Below, one piece after another: positions 53,345-64,000 of a stretch of 64,000 nt of DNA. Made by a program: the position numbers and the translations under genes. Every line of letters begins with the position of its first letter. The first letter of the stretch is position 1. Under the pieces are notes generated by a model, which saw only the letters and a program-made list of their open reading frames with translations, had not been told where the DNA came from and did not search any database. Source of the stretch: the human T2T-CHM13v2.0 reference genome, Homo sapiens; NCBI RefSeq assembly GCF_009914755.1, contig NC_060928.1; one strand, given 5' to 3'.

Positions 53345-53748
53345 AAGCAAATAACTTGGAAGACAGAGATAGCGTTCCCCCTCTAGGACAGAGAGCAAAT
53401 TTGAAAGCTAATGTCTCCTTCCAAGACAAGTTTTGGCAGGTTTGCTAGCAACACATTTAAAAGATTGTTGTTCCTAAGCTTGAGATTATTTAGCTGTGGC
53501 ACAAACACAATGTGTGTATCCCTTCCACCTGGATTGCTTCATATAGTGTCCATTAAACTTGGGGGATGAGAAATAGCATGGACAACTGGAGTCAATGGAA
53601 AAATTAAGTTCATGCTACCTGCTATATCCTGAATAATAAATTTCCTGTATATTTAACCCAGAAAGTCTCAAGTGTTCTGCTAGCATTTATGAAACTGGGG
53701 CATACTAATTGATTTATATTTATTGAGTAAAATATCAGACCCCTCACA
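53345..53748 (+). mobile_element. Partial ERVL-class LTR (MER74-like)
   Basis: AATAAATTTCCTG...AGTCTCAAGTGTTCTGCTAGCATTTATGAAACTG...GTAAAATATCAGACCCCTCACA. Confidence 0.6.
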
Positions 53749-54101
53749 GTTATTTTCAAATTTAATATGCAAAATTTTTTCCTGTAGCAATTTAATTTAT
53801 AAGTAAATTTTAAAATTGTAGGTGTATAAACAAATTTACTTCCTAAATATTTAAATGTAATAAAAACACTTAGAAATATAATTTTTGTATTTCAGGATGA
53901 TTAAACATGCAGTAAAATAATGAAGTCACATGTTGCTACTGGAATCAAAAGTTCCTAGTTTTTGTGATGTCTTTTATAATAATGTTGTATATGATTGTAG
54001 AAATAATACTAAAATACTACATTATCAGATTTTCAGCACTTTTCTTCTGAAAATAATGGGCTGTTACTTTTGAGTCAGAGAGTCAGTGGTCTGTTTGCAT
54101 G

Positions 54102-54672
54102 TGTTGGAGCTGAGAAACTGATATCCCAAAATATGGCATTTTGACATGCTGAACTGAAGAAGCCTTAGGGTGTCTCTGACTATCTTTCCCAAAGGAAAAG
54201 ATCTAGACCCAATAAGGAGAACAATATTCTTTTTCTTCTCTTCCCTGTTATTTTATTATCTATTGCAAAAAAGAAGACCAAGATGAGATCATACCTCAGT
54301 GGACCTTTTTATGAGTATAATAACTTACAAGCATAATGACAAGGACCATTTAAATTCCAAAGAAAACTATTTACAAGTTAATCTCTATTCCCCATTCAAT
54401 CATTTTTGCTAGCAATTATTTATTGCCCTTCAACAGAATTCCTCTTCCCCTTTTTCCCATAACCTGTCTTACTAGAATCCAAGGCCCCATTGTTTCTCTG
54501 TATCCTCAAAATTAAGTTTCTGTAACTCATTGGGAAGGTTTGGTCTTCATTCTGAAGGCTTCCGTGTATGCATGTTAAATAAATTTGTCTGCTGTTCCTC
54601 CTATTAATTAATATGCCTCATGCCTGTGATTTTTCAGAAAACTTTTAGGGGGCCAAGCCTATGGCTCCCACA
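54102..54672 (+). mobile_element. MER39/MER39B-like ERV1 solo LTR
   Basis: TGTTGGAGCTGAGAAACTGATATCCCAAAATATGGCATTTTGACATGCTGAACTGAAGAAGCC...GGCTCCCACA; TSD CATG/AATG; AATAAA near 54578. Confidence 0.8.
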
Positions 54673-55436
54673 AATGCATTTCAAGTCGTTTAACTGCCAT
54701 CTATTTCTTACCAGACAACCTACTTGTCTTTATAAAATAGATTTATTTGGTAATAAGAGTTCCTATTTAAAAAAAAAACTTGCTTTGAATTTCCAGCTGT
54801 CAGAGCTGTGTAATTTTATGTGTGCTTGTTTTTATTTGAGAGATTATATCCTCTTAAAAGAAAAACAAGTAACAGAGTAATGAAGATAAAATAATCTCAT
54901 TTTTATAAAAAGTGTATTTTATATGTTTGCATATTTGTATATGAGAAACACTGCGCAGTGGTATCATGTGTTACCTAAGAAAGAATAGAGGAGTAGAGGG
55001 AAATAGTTGGCTTTCCTTCATATATCTGTGCCAATGTTATTTTTTCTTTTGGTTTTGTGCTAGAAATACAAATTGAAAAAAAAATTTTAATGAAACGTAA
55101 GTATTGAAGAACCAATGAGATAAATTAATTAAAATTATGATAGACACCATGATAGAGTCAGTATTTATATTAATAATATTTTAATACAACAGGGTGTACA
55201 TTCGTAAGTGTGAATAACATTTTGAAATATCTTATTTTTTAACATAATTTTTATATTTCCAGTAAATTCAGCCACCACCGTACCTATTTCCTATTTTATA
55301 TAACTTGAGGCACCTTGATGCTTCATTTTTCACAAATTGTTTCCTTATTGAGTGATATGCTTTTATATTTATTTAAAACTATGCACGTCTACAAAAACGC
55401 ATTAGTTAATTTAAATCTTGAAAGGTTGTAGGATCA

Positions 55437-55801
55437 TGTATTTGTCCATTTTCACACTGCTATAAAGAACTACCTGAGACTGGGTAATTTATGAAGAGAA
55501 GATATTTAATTGACTCAGTTCCACAGACTTAACAGGAAGCATGACTGGGAGGCCTCAGGAAACTTACAATCATGGTAGAAGGCAAAGAGGAAGCAAGAAC
55601 CTTCTTTACATGGTGGCAGGAGAGAGAGAGCAAAGTGGGAAGTGCTACATACTTTTAAACCATCAGATCTCATGAGAATTCACTCATTATCACAGGAACA
55701 GCAAGGGGGAAATTTGCCCCCATGATCCAGTCACCTCCCACCACGCCCCTCCTTCAATTCAACATGAGATTTGGGTGGGGACATAAATCCAGACCATATC
55801 A
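55437..55801 (-). mobile_element. MSTA-like MaLR solo LTR
   Basis: TGTATTTGTCCATTTTCACACTGCTATAAAGAACTACCTGAGACTGGG...ATCCAGACCATATCA; TSD GATCA/GATCC. Confidence 0.9.
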
Positions 55802-57849
55802 GATCCCTTATGTTTTGTTTCTGTTATAGTATAAAATTGAAATCCGATTATGTGAATTCGTTGGGATGCTTTATTTAACAATACTTAATTATTTTTCAAG
55901 GGCTAATATTAAGATTTTGTTATCCAATGGAATAACATATACTTTATAATTTTTCATCAGCTGTATTACAAAAAAAGGAATCCTTATTACTTTAATTTAC
56001 TTGACACTTGAATTTGTATTTTCTTCTTTTTATACTTTATATTTCATTTTACATACTAAATTCTAATTCTTATAGTTTTAATTTTTTCTTATATATGCAA
56101 CATATTTTTGAATAAATGTTAAACATACATTTTAAATTAACCCATTTTCCATTCTAAATGTACATTGCTCATTTCTCTCTTCTGTTACATAGCATTGCAA
56201 TTTTTTAAAAATCTGCTCATATCTTTTCTTTCATAGAAGCTAGCTTCCATGACAAAGTTTTCCCATTCATTTATTCATTCATTCAAAACCACTTATTTAG
56301 CCCTTTATTGTACGCCTAACCCTCTCTCAGTTTCTTGGGCTATATTATTTATATCTCTGTAAGTGAAAGAATAACACACAACTTAAACTTCTTTGGAGGC
56401 CTATTGCCCCACAGTAGTGTAAGTATAAGAATGAGTGTGATGTTTTTGCCAGAAAAGAAGTATAGAAGAGATGCTGGCTATATAATAAATTTTTATTTTA
56501 TAGGTGGGGTTAGAAAGGAGGAAAAGAAATAAGATTGAGGTTGATTATTGTCATCAGAAATTTTAATTTCAGTAAAGAAAACAGTGCAGTTATTTATAAT
56601 GAAATATTATCAAAATATTATTTTGCATATTTAAATTTAGATTATTCTAGCAATTGTTTATATTTTGAAATGACTTACATTTCATGCATACTGTTCTGTA
56701 CCTATAGATGGCATTAATATCACTATATTAAAAAAGTATACTTGATATTTGGCCTGGTGGTTTTTGACAGTGTAATTATAGGAATTTTAGTTATTTGTTT
56801 CTCATGTCAAATCTAGCAGATTCAATAAAAAATACAATGATTCTCTGTTTATCTGAGTTATATATAATCATAATAAAGTTTTATAATAGGACCCCTCATA
56901 TCAGCTGCTCTCTTTAAATTATCCTCCTGGTTTGATGAAGTAAAAGATAGATTTTTATTAAAAAATTTCTGTAGCACATTTTGTGGTGTGTTTTGTGAGA
57001 TGACAGTAACAGTCTAGTGTTTTCATGGCTTTTGATAGTTATTTATTGCATGGTAAAAGAGAACTTTGGGAAGTTTTAAATTATCTTTTCTTTCAGATTG
57101 AAACAAAACACTATTTTCTAACCTGTTATCTCTCATTTCCATCTATGAAGGCAACACTTTCTGGCTCTCTTACTCACTGGCTCTTGCTCTCTTTCTCTCT
57201 CTTACATTTGGAGTCAAAACTCTGAGAATGAGTAAGATCTTTTTGATACAGATCTGGTCTGACCTAGATCTTTCCTTATAGTTTTCAATTTATTGTTTTC
57301 ACATGTCCTAGTTTGGGTAGTATTGAGAGGATCCCTAAAATTTTGATGGATGCAAAAATATAGCTTTAGTAAACATGTATGTGTGCATTTACTCAGAATT
57401 TAAATGAAAATGGAGAATAGAAAGGATTAAATACTCGGGTCCAAATAGAGATATTGTTAATCTTATATTATCTGACAACCTTAAACAATTTTTAAAATAG
57501 TATGCCCTAAATTCATGAAAATCAAAGGTATAGGAGAGTAAAAATCCTCAGAATACGTATGGCAAGATATTCTAAGAGGCTTTGCACAGTTATAATATTC
57601 TTGGCTTTTTCTTTTACTAACATGCTGCTTCTCCAAGTAGAGAATAATTTAATTTCTTTCATTCTCTTCTACCCTTACATTGTTTTGATCACCTCTTCAC
57701 TTCATCTTTCAGAGAAAGAAAAAGATATTCATTTGTTTGACAGGTTGACATTAAAAATCTCTTTTTAAACGTTTTTAAAAATTGTTGTTAACAATTAATA
57801 TTTTTGAAACCCATTGGACAGTCTAAATGCTCTCAATAAAAGATCTTTA

Positions 57850-60290
57850 TTTCCATGTTTTCTCCTTTGTGTCCTGCAAGTTTCTGAGGAAGGTGTGTTA
57901 AAACCTTCGAATATGACTATGAATTTTTCTATTTATCTATTATGACTATGAATTTTTCTATTTATCTCTTTTATTCTGTCAATTTTTTAATATATCTTGA
58001 AAATATATTATTGGATGTATTAGCCCTTTTATAATTATGATTTTTTATTTTTAATAAATATTCTGGTGTTAATCCTACATAGTCTAATATTAGTATTGCT
58101 TGTGCTAGTTTCTGTTGGTTAGTATTTGTACGATATCTATTTTCCATTCTTTTATTTTTGTTTTTCTGCATTTGCTCATTTTTATATGTCTCTAGTGACA
58201 GCATATAGTTGGCTTTTATGGTAAAATTCAGATTTAAAAATCCTTTTTATCTTTTAATTGGAGTCTGGATCATATTTGTATTTAATGTAACTACTGATAT
58301 ATTTGAATTTAAATGTATGTTTTTAATTTTGTTTTCTATTTGTCCCTCTTGTTCTATGTTCCTTTTTGTATCTCCTTGAAATAATTATTTTCTAATTATT
58401 CTATTTCCTCTTATTACTTTGTTAGTTATGCAATTTAAATAAACTATTCTTTTAGTGGTTATGATAGAGATATCAATGTATATCTTTGACCTGGAGAAAG
58501 CCTAATTTAAATGAACACATGTAATTTTCTGTGTAATGTTAGGACATTAAAATACTTTATTTATCTCTCATTTACATCTTCAGTTATGTATTTAATTCAA
58601 CAGATATGTGATCATATGCATCATGACCTCAATATTTATTAAGATTTACCTAAATATATGCCATTTTATTTGAACTTTATACATTTCTACATACAGTCAT
58701 CTATCTGGGATTATTGTCTTAATTTCTGAAGAACTTCCTTAATATTTATTTTAGTATGGGTGTGCTGATGATGAATTCCCTCTCTCTCTGTCTCCCTTTC
58801 ATTCTTTTTTCCTTAAAAAGCCACCTATATCAGTTTCATCTTAAAACATATTTTAACTAAATAAAAAAATCTGTTTGCAGTTATTTTTATTTTCAATGCT
58901 TTCATTTTCTGGCTTTATTCAAATGAGATTTTGTTTTTTGGAAGCTGATGTGTCTTTTCTCTGGCGTCTTTTAACCTTTTCCTTTGGCTTTTTGTAGTTT
59001 GAGCTACCTTTACATAGAATTTTATTTGTTTGCTGTTTATGTTATTTACATCTGTGGCTAGTTTTTAAACAATCTGATCCAGTATCTTTTCAAATGTTGC
59101 TTCTGCATAGTTCTTCTGTTTTTTACTTCTGGGACTCCAATTGCATATATTTTGATGTTACACCGTATACCGTGTCATTAAGCTTTTTCCTGTATTTTTG
59201 TTGTTTTTTGTTTCCATGTTTCAATCAGAGAATTTTATCTGACCTTCATTATGCTTCACTAATTTTCTCTTCATCTGTATTAAATGCACTGTTAAAGCCA
59301 TCTAATAAGATTTAAATTTCAATTATCATATGTTTTAGTCCATTTGATTTTATATCACAGTTTTCAATTCTCTGCTGAAATTTTTCATCTTGTCATGTAA
59401 TTTCTTGAACACATTAATTACAATTATGTTAAGACTATGTTATAACTCTATATGTGGAGCCAGTCACAGTGGCTCACACCTGTAATCCCAGCACTTTGGG
59501 AGGCCCAGGAGGGTGGATTGCTTGAGGCCAGAAGTTCAAGACCAACCTTGCCAACATGGCAAACCCCATCTCTACTAAAATTACAAAAGTTAGCTGGGCA
59601 TGGCGGTGCATACTTGTAATCTCAGCTATGTCAGGAGACTGAGGCATGAGAATTGCTTGAACCCAGGAGGCGGAGGTTGCAATGAGCTGAGGTCATACCA
59701 CGGCACTCCAGCTTGGGTGACAGAGTGAGACTCTGTCTCGAAAATAAAAACAACAAACAACAAAAAAACTCTCTATGTAGATCTCCTTTGGTTCTGTTTA
59801 TATTTTCTGGCTTTTTCCTTTTTATTTACGTATTTATTTGATTCCATCTCCTTGTACACCTGATAATGTTTAATTAAATAATAGGAGTAATTTGAGGCTC
59901 TAACATTATTAACTTTCTGCAGAAAGGATTTACTTTTGCAGGCAATTAAGTTCTAAACATTACATCTTAATCCAATCAGGAATTAAAGTGATTCCAAGAT
60001 GGACGTCAGTCATTGGGAACCTAGTGGGATTACCAATGGAAAGAAAACCAGGAGTTTCCCCAGGAACTCCTCTCCCTGGGAGACCTGAATTCCAATGTCT
60101 TCTTCTCAACTCAGTTACACTAGTGACGGCCCTGCTTAAGACCTGTCATTCTCAACCACTGCTTTCTGCTCAACTTCTCAGATTTTGCTGTCAATTTGAC
60201 AAATGACCCCAAGGATAAAAGTGACACCAAATGTTACATTTGCCTTTGTGGGTTTCCCCCTGAAATCATGACGTTTTAGGTCTTTGACTT
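57850..60290 (-). mobile_element. Ancient L1ME-type remnants (ORF2 start to 5' region), interrupted by an Alu
   Basis: CATATTTGTATTTAATGTAACTACTGATATATTTG and TCTTCTGTTTTTTACTTCTGGGACTCCAATTGC; ORF 57971-58204(-) resembles the L1 endonuclease N-terminus. Confidence 0.65.
59458..59766 (+). mobile_element. Old Alu (Sz6/Jb-like)
   Basis: Full dimer; imperfect TSD AACTCT(A/C)TATGT(G/A)GA at 59444-59458 and 59767-59781. Confidence 0.9.
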
Positions 60291-61448
60291 TTCAGAGTAA
60301 ACCATACTTATGCATGTAATTCTCTATTACTCCCCTCTAGGAATAACTTAAAAAGCTATAGTAACTCAGATTACAGCTGTGCGTGTAAAGAATCAATAAA
60401 CATTTAAATATATTCACAATGGATGTTTTCTTTATGAAGAATATAATTTAGTATGGGACCATTGAATTTGCTTTTCCAAAGCATTTCACAAACTAAATAT
60501 CTTAGAATATGTGGTGACATCTGTAGTTATATAGTTTAAGTAACTTGAAACCAAATAGCCATATTAAAGAGATCTCAGTGTATGTACTGTATACACACAC
60601 ATGTGATATTTTCTTCCCGTTTTCTTGCCTCTCTAGGTAGTTTTAGAAATAACAAAAAGTGGTGTGTGCAGTTCATCCTTGTAAATTTGATTTTCACAAC
60701 AACCAATGATATGAGAGGGCTTTTTTTTTTTTTTTTTGAGAACTGCCCTTAATAATGAAGATCTACTCCTAAATTAATGTTACAATGGGACTCGTTGAAT
60801 CACATCAGTTTTCTAAATTGATTCCAAGGTAAAAATTTCTGGGAGATCATTCTCTTGATTCTGCTACCCTCTGAAGAAAGCAACAAATAATTAGGCAATT
60901 AACAAGTTGCTTTCATGCTTGCCCTAGTGTTTTGTTAAGAGCTCCAGTTCTGGATAGGCTCTTTGAATATGAATTATACTTCTAGCACCTAGCAGTTTGG
61001 TAACCCAGAAAAAGTGACTTTTCCCTCTTAGTGGATAAGAATTGTACTTCATAAATTTAGAGGATTTAATGAGAAATAAATGTAAAGAGCAGATTAGTCA
61101 TCCCCCCAAAATTGTATTATTATTTTTTCATCATCATGATCATTATTACAACCGCCACCAACACCACCACTGCTACCATACTTCCAAACCATGTATTGTG
61201 GGCTCCAAAAGTTATTATTATAACATTTTTATCATTGTGACTATGAGTCTGATTTCAATAGCTAGCTATATTTTTAACCAACATTGCATAATGAATATTA
61301 CCTAGATAGCCTTCTTTTCTTAGTAATTGCATTTCCATTATCACTCTATATAGCATTTAAACTTTTAAAAAGCTGCCTGTGTTTTTATAAGTTAAATATA
61401 TAATATTAACTATTTAGTTGTGCTATCCTGAAGAGTTAAAAAGTATTT

Positions 61449-62088
61449 GCTAGGTATTCTGACTGGTGTAAGATATCCCATTGTGGCTTTAATTTACATT
61501 TATCTCATGAATGATGAACATTTTTTCATATGCTAGATTGCCACATGTATGTTTTCTTTTGAAAAATGCTTATTTGTGTCATTTGCACACTTTTTAGTGA
61601 GGTTTTTTGTTGTTGTTGAGTTCTTTGAGTTCCTTAGTCTTCAAAAGTAAAAAAAAAAAACCTTAAATAGATGTTAATGAAGATTCAGAAAAAGGGGAAC
61701 ACTTATACACTGTTGGTGGAAATGTTCAGTTAGTACAATCTCTATAGGAAACAGTATGGCAATTTCTCAAAGAAATAAGTATATAACTACCATTTGATCT
61801 AACCATTTCACACTGGGTATCTACCCAAAGGAAAAGAAATCATTATATCAAAAAGATACCTGCACTCACATCTTTATCACAGCACTATTCACTATAGTAA
61901 AGATATGAAATCAACCTAAGTGTCCATCGTCGATGGACAAATGTGTAAAGAAAATGGTATCTATGCATCATGGAATACTACATAGCCATAAAAAGAAGGA
62001 AATCATGTATTTTGCAGCAACATGGATGGAACTAGAAGCCATTATCCTTAATGAAACAACTTAGTAACAGAAAGTCAAATACTGCATC
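61449..62088. mobile_element. L1PB/L1MA-type ORF2 3' region with a 5' inversion (61449-61635 minus, 61639-62088 plus)
   Basis: The antisense block ATTCTGACTGGTGTAAGATATC...GAGTTCTTTGAGTTCCTT abuts the sense block AAAAGGGGAACACTTATACACTGTTGGTGG...GCAACATGGATGGAACT. Confidence 0.85.
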
Positions 62089-62499
62089 TTAAAATTTTTG
62101 GGAATATTAATGAAAATGTGTCATAACATTTCAAATTGATATATGATATTCTTCAAGTTATGTCTTATCTAATATTTATATAGCCATATAATTCATAAAA
62201 GCTGTGTAAGCCATAAAATCATATATGCCAATTTTGTTGGTTCTGTTAAACAGGAAAATAAGGGCAACATTATTACGTTTTGATTTAAATTTGCAGGATT
62301 GATAAGAAAAATTATTGTTTGTTATTGCTAACCTTTTTCTAAAATAGACATTAAATACATTTTAAAATAGAGTCACAAAGCTTTGAACCAAAGTAGAAAT
62401 GGTGGAGGAACCTTGTACTTTACAGATGGGCTGCCAGCTAATTGCACCTTTTGCGTAATGGCTATATATTTGATGGATTTCGCAATCTTAGAATGCTTC

Positions 62500-62632
62500 C
62501 AATTTTTATTTGCAAAGTAGCATATTAATAATTGCCTTGCAATTTTGAGATGAAGAGTAAATAATATAAATTTTTATAAGACACTTGGCACATAGTCAGT
62601 GCTCAATAAAGGTAAAAGGTGTTATTGTTGCT
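62500..62632 (+). mobile_element. MIR 3' fragment
   Basis: CACTTGGCACATAGTCAGTGCTCAATAAAGGTA. Confidence 0.6.
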
Positions 62633-63581
62633 ATAGTTTCCTGGAATAAATAACTGCTGTACAGTGTTTCTCATGGTGCTTGCAATAAAGGAAGCAACAT
62701 TCGCTTGGTTGTCTGGATTCTGAAATACTGCATCTCTGAAATTCATTCATATTATGCAAATAGTGTGATAAACATTTTTATTCCTCTATTCCTGCCTTTC
62801 TCAAACTCCAAATTATAACTTACCTACAGAATCCCCTGTATTGAGGTTGGTTTTTAACTGTGCCTTTAAGTTATTCTGTAGTTTTTAAAACTGCTTTAGT
62901 ATTTACAATAGTTGGCAGTCATGAAGGTAGTAAATTATGACCTTTATTCGTTATCATAAGAACCCCAGTTTGAACAGAGATTGCACATGACTTTATTTTC
63001 CTTCTGTGCTTCAGGAGTGTGCAGTTGCTTTTCTGAAACTCCAAGGGAGAATTTGTGAGTGTATTTATATATATGCTACTAGAAAAGTAATTGAAGAATA
63101 GAATAGAAGAAGCAATGTAAAGGCTTCTTAGAAAACATTAAACTAGTAGAGATTATTCAGCCTGAAGAATAGAAGGCTGAAGTGCAATATGCAGCGAAAT
63201 GTTTAACTATAGTGTGAGATGATTTATGTTAACTATAAAGGAGAACCTCCCTGGGCTGAATGATAGTTATTAGACCATGGTACAGATTAGAGAAAGAGTT
63301 TATGGAATAACTCCAAAATTTCCTAAAATATCAGAGTGTCCTACTTAAATCGTATGCTATTGGTCTTACTGAAAACTATAAAAATGCAGAGATTTTATAC
63401 ACTGTTTTTGTTCTTTAAAAAAACCCAGTGTTTAGTAACATGAAATTAAAGAAATAATGGAACACAATTCCACAAGTATCAGAAAATGTGCTACCTTGTT
63501 GAGTAAATTGAAAAAAGCAGGCATTACTTCCATTCTGCTTAAGAAAAAAAAAAGATTTATTTTAGGTCTGCTGTGTGATAG

Positions 63582-63935
<354 letters not shown>

Positions 63936-64000
63936 GTCCTATACTACTCTTTTATGGGAAAAAGTAGCTCAACTGGGTGTGAAAACATTAATGTTCTGAT

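Noticed and set aside
61120-61185. His-rich stretch in ORF 61042-61305
   Set aside because: Low-complexity (CAT/CAC)n sequence at a MIR tail; no splice or coding support.

Overview
AT-rich, repeat-dense primate (very probably human) intronic DNA, not prokaryotic. The only credible host coding sequence is one 208-nt internal exon on the + strand (29708-29915, flanked by AG/GT). Its peptide (NLSLKLTKDVDQEARCSH...QDCTAVKTLLLKMKRVLQE) is recognised as CCSER1/FAM190A, a giant gene at 4q22, so the rest of the window is two large flanking introns. These carry 11 Alus, several L1 and L2 fragments, MIRs, MaLR/ERV LTRs (THE1/MST, MLT1, LTR12, MER39-like, MER74-like), a near full-length fossil Tigger1 and MITEs (Tigger3, Tigger4, MER45A, MER58A, MER63). 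Nearly all other ORFs in the track are repeat-derived or chance. I found no convincing new biological system. The best leads are inverted Alus bracketing the exon (possible single-exon circRNA or skipping), a sense LTR12 with seven CCAAT boxes upstream of the exon (possible cryptic promoter), a candidate poison exon or regulatory island, and several readable transposon rearrangements. Repeat subfamilies were called by eye from remembered consensus sequences, and boundaries of old elements are approximate.
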